This document shows, one piece after another, positions 9,295-18,966 of a stretch of 64,000 nt of DNA. The translations under genes were made by a program, and so were the position numbers. The DNA comes from Myxococcales bacterium (GTDB lineage Bacteria; Myxococcota_A; UBA9042; JABWCM01; BTVJ01): the NCBI GenBank assembly GCA_045863395.1, contig BTVJ01000028.1, positions 1-64,000 of the forward strand. The letters are read 5' to 3'. Each line of letters begins with the position of its first letter. The first letter of the stretch is position 1. The notes beneath the pieces are model-generated. The model saw only the letters and a program-made list of their open reading frames with translations. It was not told the origin of the DNA and did no database searches.

Positions 9295-10320
9295 TCAGGC
9301 TCCTGCCAGGGCGAGGCCGCTCCGCCCGAGCGCCAGCCCGCGGGCGAGCAGGTCGGCAGCCATGTCCGCGGCCCGCTCCGGCGAGAGGCCGGCCGGCCGG
9401 ATGTTGGAGATGCAGTTCTTGTCCGCGTTGTCCTGGTCGAGCGCCGGAGCGACGGCCAGATAGATGCTCAGGGAGTCTCCCGTGCCCAGCCCCGGGCGCT
9501 CGCCCACGCAGATCAGGGTGGCCCGCGCGCCGAGGAGCACGCCGATGTCATCCTGGAGGCCCACCCGCGCCATGTGCGCCAGGATGGGGCGCCCGGTGCC
9601 CAGGCCCCGGGCGGCCAGCGCCCCCTGGAGGGCCGGCAGCAGGCGGGGGCCATTGAGCAGCAGCGCCGGCGCCGCGAGGCCGTCCGCCACGATGATCTGG
9701 ACGTCCGCCCCCCGCGTACCGTCGCGCCCCAAGGCGACGCGGCTCTCGTCGGACAGCCGGCGCCCGTCATTGGGGTGCAGCAGGTAGTGCTCCCGGCTCG
9801 GGCAGCGCGAGACCACCTCGACGCACCCGAGCTGCGCCGCGAAGCCAGCGGGGATCTCTGCGTACACCGCGTCCTTGGCCACGGCGTGGTCGGTGCGCAG
9901 CTCCAGGTAGGTGGCCGTTCGGTAGCGGGTGCCGGTGCGCCCCGTACCGATGCGCGTGGGGGTCGCGCCGACGATGCGCTGGAAGAACGCCGGGTTGCGC
10001 GGACGCTCCACGCCGACGGTCCAGGTGCGCTCCACCTGGGTTTGGGGCTCGGCCGACGGTGTGTGAGCCGGCGCCCCCGCGACGAGCCCCGCGAGGTGCC
10101 GCGGGGCGGCGCGCTCCGGGAGGCGGCGTGGACGCCAGCGATCCTCGCGCGAGCGCGAAGGTGGGGCCGAGCGGTCTGCCGCGCCGCCCCCGCCGGCACC
10201 GGGCGCGTCGGGCCGCCCTGCCCCGCCTGGCCGGGGCGCCTCCGAGGGGCTCGGTGGTGCCGCCTCCTCGCGCAGCGCCTCCTCCACGAGTCGCCGGATG
10301 ATCCCCTCGAGCTCGCTCAT
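9295..10320 (-). CDS. eutC: Ethanolamine ammonia-lyase small subunit EutC with N-terminal extension
   Basis: TPTRIGTGR, DHAVAKDAV, YLLHPNDGRRLS, DVQIIVADGL, ARVGLQDDIG, GERPGL, NCISNI; ATG at 10320 overlaps the eutB TGA (ATGA). Confidence 0.93.
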   Translation of the reverse strand: MSELEGIIRRLVEEALREEAAPPSPSEAPRPGGAGRPDAPGAGGGGAADRSAPPSRSREDRWRPRRLPERAAPRHLAGLVAGAPAHTPSAEPQTQVERTWTVGVERPRNPAFFQRIVGATPTRIGTGRTGTRYRTATYLELRTDHAVAKDAVYAEIPAGFAAQLGCVEVVSRCPSREHYLLHPNDGRRLSDESRVALGRDGTRGADVQIIVADGLAAPALLLNGPRLLPALQGALAARGLGTGRPILAHMARVGLQDDIGVLLGARATLICVGERPGLGTGDSLSIYLAVAPALDQDNADKNCISNIRPAGLSPERAADMAADLLARGLALGRSGLALAGA

Positions 10321-11720
10321 GGCAGCCCCTGCGCGTCGAAGATCGACGGGTCTCCCGCCCGCTTGGTGAGGCGTCCGGCCCGCCACAGGCCCATGCGCTC
10401 CATCCACTGCTCGAACTCCGGCGTGGGCCGGTAGCCGAACACGGTGCGCAGCGCCGCGTTGTCGTGGAAGCTGGTGGTGTTGTAGTTGAGCATCAGGTCG
10501 TCCCCCATGGGGATGCCCATGAGGTAGTTGACCCCCGCCGCCGCCAGCAGCACCTCCAGGCTTTCCTGGTCGTTCTGGTCCGCCACCGCGTGGTTGGTGT
10601 AGCAGGCGTCGCAGCCCATGCTGATGCCCGACAGCTTGCCCATGAAGTGGTCCTCCAGGCCCGCGCGCATGATCTGCTTGCCGTCGTAGAGGTACTCGGG
10701 CCCGATGAACCCGACGACGCTGTTGACCAGGAAGGGCTCGTAGCGGCGCGCGAGGCCGTGAGCCCGCGCCTCCATGGTGAGCTGATCCGCGCCGTTGTGG
10801 GCGTTGGCAGACAGGGCCGTCCCCTGCCCGGTCTCGAAGTACATGACGTTGGGCCCGCGCGCAGTGCCCAGACGCCGGGTCATGTCCATGGCCTCGTCGA
10901 GGAGCGCCACCGTGATGCCGAAGTTGCGGTTGGCCTTCTCGCTTCCGGCGATGCTCTGGAACATGAGGTCGAGAGGGGCCCCCCGCTCCAGGGCCCGCAT
11001 CTGCAGGGTGACGTGGGCGAGCACGCAGTTCTGGGTCGGCACCTGGTAGCGCCGCATCAGGTCCTTCACGGCGCTCAGGATCTGCGAGATGGACTCGACG
11101 GACTCCGTCGCCGGGTTGACGCCGATGACCGCGTCGCCGTTGCCGTAGGAGAGCCCCTCCCGCACCACCGCGAGGATGCTCGCGACGTCGTCCAGTGGGT
11201 CGTTGGGCTGGAGGCGGCTGGAGATGCGTCCCGCGAGCCCCAGCGTTGCGTTGCAGCGGACCACCACCCGCAGGCGCCGCGCCGCCTGGATGAGATCCAG
11301 GTTGCTCATCAGGGACGTGACCCCCGCGACGACCTCCGGCGGCAGACCCCGCCCCGCGGCCTGGATGTCCTCGGCCGGCGTGTCCTCGTCGAGGATCCAG
11401 TCACGCAGCTCACCGACGGTGAGGCTCCGAACCCGCTGCCAGACCCGCCGGTCGAGCCCATCCTCGACGACGCGCGTGACCTCGTCGGCCTCGTAGGGGA
11501 CCGACGGGCTCTCGCGGAGCACGGGCAGGGGCAGATCTGCGAGCACGCGCTTGGCCGCCGTGCGCTCGCGCATGCTGCGCGCGGCGACGCCGGCCTGCTC
11601 GTCGCCGCTCCTGTGCTCCGCTGCCTTGGCGAGGACGTCCTTCACGCTCGGGAACGTGAAGTGCTCCCCGTGGACGGCGCAGGTCCAGCCCTGTGACGCT
11701 CTCTTGCTGCCCTCTGCCAT
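10317..11720 (-). CDS. eutB: Ethanolamine ammonia-lyase large subunit EutB (AdoCbl-dependent)
   Basis: PYEADEVTR, RLQPNDP.DD, GDAVIGVNP, QNCVLAHVT, FQSIAG, MYFETGQG, VVGFIGPEYLYD, GLEDHF, GCDACYTNH; start set at MAEGSK (467 aa). Confidence 0.97.
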   Translation of the reverse strand: MAEGSKRASQGWTCAVHGEHFTFPSVKDVLAKAAEHRSGDEQAGVAARSMRERTAAKRVLADLPLPVLRESPSVPYEADEVTRVVEDGLDRRVWQRVRSLTVGELRDWILDEDTPAEDIQAAGRGLPPEVVAGVTSLMSNLDLIQAARRLRVVVRCNATLGLAGRISSRLQPNDPLDDVASILAVVREGLSYGNGDAVIGVNPATESVESISQILSAVKDLMRRYQVPTQNCVLAHVTLQMRALERGAPLDLMFQSIAGSEKANRNFGITVALLDEAMDMTRRLGTARGPNVMYFETGQGTALSANAHNGADQLTMEARAHGLARRYEPFLVNSVVGFIGPEYLYDGKQIMRAGLEDHFMGKLSGISMGCDACYTNHAVADQNDQESLEVLLAAAGVNYLMGIPMGDDLMLNYNTTSFHDNAALRTVFGYRPTPEFEQWMERMGLWRAGRLTKRAGDPSIFDAQGLP

Positions 11721-11768
11721 CTGGAACCGCCTCTCGGCTGCACCCGAGCCGAACCGCACGCCCGCGCT

Positions 11769-11798
11769 ACGGTAGCCTTGGGACCCGCGGGCGGTCAA
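11769..11798 (-). promoter_or_regulatory. Candidate sigma-70-type promoter for eutBCL (TTGACC-N18-TACCGT)
   Basis: Hexamers read on the minus strand about 50 nt upstream of eutB; by-eye match only. Confidence 0.3.
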
Positions 11799-11898
11799 TC
11801 CCGCGCGAGGGCCGGACCGGCTCGACGACCGGGTCCCGCCCGCCGCTTGGCGCTCGGCGGCCACGGACGTATGCTAGAGGCTTCACAGGAGGTGGGCC

Positions 11899-14800
11899 AT
11901 GGCGGGAGCAGGGTGTCGAGGCGTGGCGGGCGCGTGGCTCGCGCTGGCGCTGGTCGCCTGCTCCGAGGACCCTGAGCGAGGCGACGCGGGCCCCTCCACC
12001 GACGCACTGGACGTCCTCGCCCCTGACGACGTCCCCTCACGCGCCGACGCCGCCGGGGACACGGCGGCCGACGCGCCGGCCGAAGACGACGCAGCGCCCC
12101 ACGGCGAGGACACGTCCGGTCTCGCCGGCCCCTACGAGCCCTGCACAGGACCCAAGGACTGCGCCTCCGGCTGGTGCGTCCAGACCTGGGAGGGCGAGGC
12201 CTGCGCCCCGCCCTGCGACGACGGCTGCGCCGATGGGTGGCTCTGCACCCAGGACCTGGCCAGCTTCCCCGACGTCGTCTTCCTGTGCGTTCCGGCGCAC
12301 CCATCGCTGTGCCGCCCGTGCAAAGGGGACGGGGACTGCCCGGGGGCGGCGTGCGTGAGCCATGGCGATGAGGGGTCCTTCTGCGGAGGAGACTGCGAGA
12401 GCGCGACGTGCCCGCCCGGCTTCTCGTGCCTGGAGGCGCCCACTGCCAGCGGCCCGCGCCTCCAGTGCGTGCTGGACGCCGGAGAGTGCCCGTGCTCCCC
12501 CGCCGCCGTCGCCGCGGGCGCGTCCACCCTCTGCGCCGCGTCGGGGCCGCTGGGCGCGTGCCACGGCGAGCGCCACTGCACCTCCAGCGGGCTGACCGCC
12601 TGCTCGGCGAGCCCTCCCTCGGACGAGCTCTGCAACGGCCTGGACGACGACTGCGATGGCGCAGTGGACGAGGGGCTCGCGGGGGCGTCCTGCACAGTCG
12701 CCGGGAGCGATGGCGCGTGTCACGGGACCCTGGTCTGCACGGCCAGCGGCGGATCCCTGTGCGACGCACCGCTGCCCGCGCCCGAGGCCTGCAACGGCAA
12801 GGACGACGACTGCGACGGCGCGGTGGACGAGCCGGGTGCCCTCGGCTGCACCCAGACCTGGAAGGACAAGGACGGGGATGGCTGGGGCGCCGGGGAGGTG
12901 TCCTGCGCGTGTGCCCCGACGGGAGCCCTGGCCCCGGGAGACTGCGACGACGCGGATCCCGCCGCGCATCCGGGCGCCGAGGAGCTGTGCAACGGCGTGG
13001 ACGACGACTGCGACGGCCTCACCGACGAGGAGGGGGCCTCGGGGTGCACGCCCTGGTTCCTCGACGGCGACGCCGACGGCTGGGGCGCGGACGACGAAGC
13101 CTGCCTCTGCGGGCCCTCCGGCGCCTACACCGTCACCGACGGAGGTGACTGCGACGACGGCAACGGGAGCGTCCACCCGGGTGCCGTGGAGGCGTGCAAC
13201 CTGTTCGACGACGACTGCGACGGCCTTGCAGACCCCCCTGGCGCCCAGGGCTGCACACCCTACTTCGCGGACGCCGACGGAGACACCTGGGGCGACGGCA
13301 GCTCGCCCGCGTGCCTCTGCGCGCCCGCGCCCCCGCTGAGCGCGACGAACCCGGGAGACTGCGACGACGGAGACGCGGGCGTCCACCCCGCCGCGCCGGA
13401 GGCCTGCAACGGCAAGGACGACGACTGCGACGGGCTGGTCGACGAGGGGGCCGCCGCCGGGTGCACCTTCTGGTACGCAGACGCCGACCGGGACGGGTGG
13501 GGCAAGCCGGGCACGGTGGTCTGCGCCTGCGCAGCGGTGCCCCCGGCCACGGCGACGGAGGTGGGCGACTGCGACGACCAGGACCCTGCCGTGAACCCAG
13601 GCACGCCGGAGGTCTGCAACGGCAAGGACGACGACTGTGACGGCCTCACGGACGAGGCGGCCGCCGAGGGGTGCGCCGTCTGGTACGTGGACGCGGACGG
13701 CGACGGTTTCGGCCAGTCCGCGGCCTCGGCGTGTCTGTGTGCACCGACCGCGCCCTTCCTCGCGACGGAGGGCGGAGACTGCAACGATGGCACCGCCGCG
13801 ATCTCTCCCGCGGCGCCGGAGGCCTGCAACGGCTTCGACGACGACTGCGACGGAGCCCTGGACGAGGAGGGAGCGGCGGGGTGCACGCACTTCTTCCGCG
13901 ATGACGACGGCGACGGCTGGGGAGCCGCGGGCGACTCGCGGTGCCTGTGCTCCCCGGCGGCCCCCCACACGTCGAAGAAGCTCGCGGACTGCGACGACGG
14001 AGACGCAGCGATGTCGCCCTCTGCCCTTGAGGCGTGCAACGGCCTCGACGACGACTGCGACGGGCAGACGGACGAGCCCGGGGCCGTGGGCTGCAACCTC
14101 TACTACGTGGACCTGGACGGGGACGGCCATGGCAAGAGCGGGACCGGAGTCTGCCTGTGCGCGGGCAGCGGCGAGCACACAGCCCTTGCCGACGGGGACT
14201 GCGACGATGGGGACCCGGCGACCTCTCCCGCCGCCCCCGAGGAGTGCAACGCGGCGGACGACGACTGCGACGGCGGCGTCGACGAGGGCTGCGCCCTCGC
14301 GCCGACCGGCTGGCCTACCTACAAGCATGACACCCGCCGCACCGGGCACCGGGCGGACGTCGTGGGGCCCGCCAGCGCCGCGACGGGCTGGACCCATGCC
14401 CTCGCCCCTGGGGCAGGCCTGAACAACTCGGTGGCGCTCGTCCCCGACGGCATCATCGCGCAGGGCGGCAAGAAGCTCGTCAAGCTGTCCTTCACGGGCG
14501 AGCCGATCTGGAGCGCGGAGCTCCCGGTCTCGACGTTCTCCCGAAACTCCCCGACCGTGAGAGAGGGGGGCACCATCCTGGTCCCCACAGGAGGCGAGCT
14601 GCGTCTCTACGGCCCGGCGGGAGACCTCCTCTGGACCGCGACCTTCGCCGGCGAGTCCATCACAGCGGCCCCGATGGTCGCGGAGGACGGCGCCATCTAC
14701 GTGCTCTCCACGGCTGGCCTGCGCCGGGTGGACGCGGCCGGGAGCGTGGTCTGGACCTCCCCCGCGCCCAACACGCAGACCTCCCCGGGCCACCCGGCGG

Positions 14801-15375
14801 TGAGCCCCAACGGTCGTATCCACTTCGCGACCTCCAACCACAGCGTCTACTCCGTGATCCCCGAGACTGGGCAGGCGGCCTGGGTCTACACCCACCCCCA
14901 GGGCTTCGACACGGACAGCTCCGTGGCCGTCTCGCTCAACGGGGACGTCTACCAGGGCTTCGGCAACACGGTGGCGCGGCTCGCCTCCGACGGTGCGCTC
15001 CTCGGGTCCGTCGGCGTGGGGGGAGACATGGACGGCGACGTGGCCTTGCTGCAGGAGGGCGAGAGCGCCTTCGTCTACGCGAGCCCCAACGGCGCGTCGG
15101 GTCTCCGGCGGTATACGGCGGAGCTGGTCCATCTGTGGACGTATCCGCTCACGAAGGACGGCGGCGCCAACGGCGTCCCGGTCTTCGACGGGGAGGGCAA
15201 CGCCTACGTGGGAGACGACACGGGCCTCTTCGTCTGCGTCCGGGCTGATGGCACGCTCCGGTGGTCCAAGGCGTCCGGGGCCTCCGTCGTCAAGTCGGCC
15301 GCCGCGGTCGGGGACGGCTTCGTGGTCTTCGGCGACGGGGCGGGCACCCTGCACTTCGTGGGGGAGGCGCCATGA
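11899..15375 (+). CDS. Lipoprotein with MopE-related (putative metal-binding) Cys repeats and C-terminal PQQ-like beta-propeller
   Basis: AGGAGG RBS; lipobox ALVAC; nine CNGxDDDCDG-type motifs with D-x-D-G-D-G-[WF]-G loops; C-terminal W-rich propeller blades after GWPTYKHD..RTG. Confidence 0.85.
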   Translation: MAGAGCRGVAGAWLALALVACSEDPERGDAGPSTDALDVLAPDDVPSRADAAGDTAADAPAEDDAAPHGEDTSGLAGPYEPCTGPKDCASGWCVQTWEGEACAPPCDDGCADGWLCTQDLASFPDVVFLCVPAHPSLCRPCKGDGDCPGAACVSHGDEGSFCGGDCESATCPPGFSCLEAPTASGPRLQCVLDAGECPCSPAAVAAGASTLCAASGPLGACHGERHCTSSGLTACSASPPSDELCNGLDDDCDGAVDEGLAGASCTVAGSDGACHGTLVCTASGGSLCDAPLPAPEACNGKDDDCDGAVDEPGALGCTQTWKDKDGDGWGAGEVSCACAPTGALAPGDCDDADPAAHPGAEELCNGVDDDCDGLTDEEGASGCTPWFLDGDADGWGADDEACLCGPSGAYTVTDGGDCDDGNGSVHPGAVEACNLFDDDCDGLADPPGAQGCTPYFADADGDTWGDGSSPACLCAPAPPLSATNPGDCDDGDAGVHPAAPEACNGKDDDCDGLVDEGAAAGCTFWYADADRDGWGKPGTVVCACAAVPPATATEVGDCDDQDPAVNPGTPEVCNGKDDDCDGLTDEAAAEGCAVWYVDADGDGFGQSAASACLCAPTAPFLATEGGDCNDGTAAISPAAPEACNGFDDDCDGALDEEGAAGCTHFFRDDDGDGWGAAGDSRCLCSPAAPHTSKKLADCDDGDAAMSPSALEACNGLDDDCDGQTDEPGAVGCNLYYVDLDGDGHGKSGTGVCLCAGSGEHTALADGDCDDGDPATSPAAPEECNAADDDCDGGVDEGCALAPTGWPTYKHDTRRTGHRADVVGPASAATGWTHALAPGAGLNNSVALVPDGIIAQGGKKLVKLSFTGEPIWSAELPVSTFSRNSPTVREGGTILVPTGGELRLYGPAGDLLWTATFAGESITAAPMVAEDGAIYVLSTAGLRRVDAAGSVVWTSPAPNTQTSPGHPAVSPNGRIHFATSNHSVYSVIPETGQAAWVYTHPQGFDTDSSVAVSLNGDVYQGFGNTVARLASDGALLGSVGVGGDMDGDVALLQEGESAFVYASPNGASGLRRYTAELVHLWTYPLTKDGGANGVPVFDGEGNAYVGDDTGLFVCVRADGTLRWSKASGASVVKSAAAVGDGFVVFGDGAGTLHFVGEAP

Positions 15376-15506
15376 TAAGGCTCTGGCTAGTAGGGCGTCG
15401 CCAAGATGATGGTGCAATCCGGAGGGTCGAGGCGCCCCGCCAGGCGCTCGGGCCAGGCGCAGGAATACTCAGGGTATTTCAAGCCTGGTCCGGGCGTCTG
15501 GCGGGG

Positions 15507-18500
15507 ATGGATCGGCCCTCCCGGTTGCATCATCATTTCGGCGGCGACCTGCGAGCTGCGGGCCTCGCCGTGGTGTTGGTCTGCTGCGCCGACGCCGGCC
15601 CGGTCGGGGGAGCCGACGTGCCTGACGTGGCCGAGCCCGTCTCCGCCGAGGACGTGCGGGCGCCCGAGGAGGCCTCGCCGACCCAGGACGTCCCGGCACC
15701 GGATGTGCCGGTGCCGGCAGTCACGGGCCTGGGGGGGCCGTGCGAGACCGACGCCGACTGCGAAGAGGGCTGGTGCGCGGACACGCCGGCGGGAGCACTC
15801 TGCACGACCTCATGCAACGGAGACTGCCCTCCGGGCCTGCGCTGCGAGGTCGTCGTCGCCGGGGGCCTGGAGCAGCTCTGCCTCCCGGCCTTCCCGCGCC
15901 TGTGCCGCCCATGTGACGGCAACGGCGACTGCGCTCCGCCGGGCCTCGCCTTCGGCCAGCGGTGCGTGAGCCACGGAGAGTCGGGCTCCTTCTGCGGCGG
16001 AGACTGCGCCACCCTCCCCTGCCCCGTGGGGTTTGTTTGCGAGCTGCGGCGGGACGTCAGCGGAGACGAGACGCCCCAGTGCGTCTCCCTGACCGGTGAG
16101 TGCGGGTGCACGCCGGACGCGGTGGCGGACGCCGCCATGACGACCTGCTACCGGGAGACGGGGGCCGGGCGGTGTGAGGGAGTCCGCGAGTGCACCAGCG
16201 AAGGGCTCGGTCCGTGCGACGCCGCCACACCCGCAGCGGAGACCTGCGACGGTGTCGACCAGGACTGTGACGGGCAGGTGGACGAGGACCTGGGCACGGA
16301 GCCCTGCGTCGCGACGAGCGACGCCGGCACCTGCGCCGGTGCGAGCTCCTGTGTCGAGGGTGCCTGGCTGTGCCAGGCGCCGGAGCCCGAGGCCGAGTCC
16401 TGCGACGGCGCGGACAACGACTGTGACGGAGAGACTGACGAGGAGGGTGCGGCGGGCTGCACCCCCCGCTACGAGGACATGGACGGAGACGGCTATGGGA
16501 CGGGTGCCCCGCGCTGTCTCTGCGGCGCGGGAGGGGCGCCCGTCGGGGGAGACTGCGACGACGAGGACCCGGCCGTGCGTCCGGGGGTCCCAGAGGTCTG
16601 CAACGGCAAGGACGACGACTGCGCGGGGGGTGTGGACGAGCCGGGCGCGGCGGGCTGCGTCGCCCTGGGCCTCGACACGGACGGCGACGGGTACGGGGCG
16701 CTCGGCGTCGAGTCCTGTCGATGCGCGGAGAGCGGCGCGTGGAAGGCCGTGCCTGGAGGAGACTGCAACGACACCGCGGCGTCGATCCACCCCGGCGCGG
16801 TGGAGGTCTGCAATGGCAAGGACGACGACTGCGACGGCGTGGCGGACCCGCCGGACTCGGACGGATGCTCCGCGTGGCTGCGAGACGACGATGGGGACGG
16901 GGTCGGGGTCGACGATCCGCGCTGCCTCTGCGCCCCGGCGCCCCCGTACACGGCGACGGTCGCGGGAGACTGCGACGACACCTCGGCGGCCGTGAAACCC
17001 GGTCAGATGGAGCTGTGCAATGGCGTCGACGACGACTGCGACGGCCTGGAGGACCCACCCGGCGCCGTGGGGTGCACGCCGTGGCTCAAGGACGTCGATG
17101 GTGACGGCTACGGCGTCTCCGGCGAGTCCACCTGCCTGTGCGAGCCCACTCCGCCATATACCGCGTTCGTCGGGGGAGACTGCAACGACCAGTCCGCCCT
17201 TGTGGTCCCGGGCCAGATCGAGGCGTGCAACGGGCTCGACGATGACTGCGACAGCGAGACGGACGAGGCGGGAGCGATCGGGTGCGCCGTCCTCTACGCC
17301 GACGCGGACGGAGACGGGGCGGGCTCGCTGCTGGACAGCCGCTGCCTCTGTGCCCCGGAGCCCCCCTACGTCGCGACGCTCCCCGGAGACTGTGACGACG
17401 GGGACCCGGAGGTCCTGCCGGGAGCACCGGAGATCTGCAACGGCAAGGACGATGACTGCGACGTGGCCATCGACGAGGTGGGGTCCATCGGGTGCTCCGC
17501 GCGGTACGAGGACGGAGACGGAGACGGCTGGGGGACCCCGAAGTTCCTCTGTCTGTGCGTTCCGGAGGGAGACTACACCGCTGTGCAGTTCGGAGACTGC
17601 GACGACGACGACCCCACCATCGCCCCCAATCGCCCGGAGCTGTGCAATGGGGTGGACGACGACTGCGACGGCGCCCTGGACGAGGGCAGCCCCATCGGGT
17701 GCTCCCCGTGGTTTGCGGACGCGGACGGCGACGGCTTCGGAGACCCCGCCACGGCGGCCTGCCTCTGCGGCCCTGGCGAGACAGAGACCGTCTCCATCGC
17801 AGGAGACTGCGACGACTCCGACCCGAGCCGCGCCCCCGGCAAGCCGGAGTCGTGCACCGGGGTGGACAGCGACTGCGACGGCGTCGTGGACGAGGGCTGC
17901 GGCATGCCGGTCCTCGGGTGGCCTACCGCCGGGGCGGACGTGCGGAGGTCCGGGCAAGCATCCCTGGAGCAGGGGCCGGCGGGCGCCACCGTGAAGTGGG
18001 CCGTCACGCTGGCGGGGCCGGTCGTCGGGTCCCCCGTGGTCCTGCCCGACAAGTCGGTCTACGCGGCCACGGCGGGCACCCTCGCGCGCGTGGCGCCCAA
18101 CGGTGTCCTTCACTGGGAGCTGCCCGTTCCGCCGGTGGCCGGCGCGGCGGGCCCGACGGCGCGCCTGGGCGGGACGGTGGTCCTGGGCGCCACGGACACC
18201 GTGCTGCTCGTGTCTCCGGCCGGGGAGGTGCTCTGGCAGGCTCCCATGGCGTCACCGCCCGTCGAGGCGCCGCCCGTCGTCGACGCGGTGGGGCGAATCT
18301 ACGTGTTGTCCCGGGGGGCGGCCGCCCGCTTCGACGCGACCGGCGCAGCGGACTGGGTCGTCGCGCTGCCCGACGGGGTCACCTCGGTGGGGCCCCCGGC
18401 GATCAACACCAACGGCTCCCTGGTCTTCGCGACGGCAGACGGCGCCGTCCGTGCGCTGGACCCGGACTCCGGCGCGCCGCTGTGGACCTTCACATCGAGC

Positions 18501-18965
18501 GCCCCGTCGAGCACGGGGGCCCTCGCGCTCGGGGCCACGGGGATCGTCTACTTCGGCACGTCCCAGGGCGTCACCGCCGTCACCCTCACGGGCGCCCCCT
18601 TCGCCGCGTGGGCCACCGCGCCCGGCCCCTCGGGCCTGGGCGTGTTCAACACGGCGTACCAGTGCTGCATCCCCTCCGACCAGCTCATGGCCAGCACCAC
18701 GGCGGGGGTCGCCAAGCGCACGGCCAACCTGGCGACCCAGGTCTGGCTCAAGGGGCCGGCGACCAGCCTGCCCTCGGCAACGGACTACGACGGCGACACC
18801 TGGGTGACAGGGACCAACGGCGCCCTGGTCTGCCTCGACGTTTCGGGGAACCAGAAGTGGAGCTACAAGCCGGCGACCGCCTCGATCACCACGCCGCCCG
18901 CCGTCGGGGCGGGCCTCGTCATCGCGGGAGACAGCGCCGGCGTCCTCCGGGGCCTCGGCGACTGA
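15507..18965 (+). CDS. Paralogous MopE-repeat / PQQ-like propeller protein (alternative start 15372)
   Basis: Same architecture as the upstream gene (nine CxGxDxDCxx motifs, GWPT..D.RRSG, propeller). Start is uncertain: ATG 15372 overlaps the previous stop, ATG 15507 precedes a signal-like segment. Confidence 0.8.
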   Translation: MDRPSRLHHHFGGDLRAAGLAVVLVCCADAGPVGGADVPDVAEPVSAEDVRAPEEASPTQDVPAPDVPVPAVTGLGGPCETDADCEEGWCADTPAGALCTTSCNGDCPPGLRCEVVVAGGLEQLCLPAFPRLCRPCDGNGDCAPPGLAFGQRCVSHGESGSFCGGDCATLPCPVGFVCELRRDVSGDETPQCVSLTGECGCTPDAVADAAMTTCYRETGAGRCEGVRECTSEGLGPCDAATPAAETCDGVDQDCDGQVDEDLGTEPCVATSDAGTCAGASSCVEGAWLCQAPEPEAESCDGADNDCDGETDEEGAAGCTPRYEDMDGDGYGTGAPRCLCGAGGAPVGGDCDDEDPAVRPGVPEVCNGKDDDCAGGVDEPGAAGCVALGLDTDGDGYGALGVESCRCAESGAWKAVPGGDCNDTAASIHPGAVEVCNGKDDDCDGVADPPDSDGCSAWLRDDDGDGVGVDDPRCLCAPAPPYTATVAGDCDDTSAAVKPGQMELCNGVDDDCDGLEDPPGAVGCTPWLKDVDGDGYGVSGESTCLCEPTPPYTAFVGGDCNDQSALVVPGQIEACNGLDDDCDSETDEAGAIGCAVLYADADGDGAGSLLDSRCLCAPEPPYVATLPGDCDDGDPEVLPGAPEICNGKDDDCDVAIDEVGSIGCSARYEDGDGDGWGTPKFLCLCVPEGDYTAVQFGDCDDDDPTIAPNRPELCNGVDDDCDGALDEGSPIGCSPWFADADGDGFGDPATAACLCGPGETETVSIAGDCDDSDPSRAPGKPESCTGVDSDCDGVVDEGCGMPVLGWPTAGADVRRSGQASLEQGPAGATVKWAVTLAGPVVGSPVVLPDKSVYAATAGTLARVAPNGVLHWELPVPPVAGAAGPTARLGGTVVLGATDTVLLVSPAGEVLWQAPMASPPVEAPPVVDAVGRIYVLSRGAAARFDATGAADWVVALPDGVTSVGPPAINTNGSLVFATADGAVRALDPDSGAPLWTFTSSAPSSTGALALGATGIVYFGTSQGVTAVTLTGAPFAAWATAPGPSGLGVFNTAYQCCIPSDQLMASTTAGVAKRTANLATQVWLKGPATSLPSATDYDGDTWVTGTNGALVCLDVSGNQKWSYKPATASITTPPAVGAGLVIAGDSAGVLRGLGD

Positions 18966-18966
18966 C

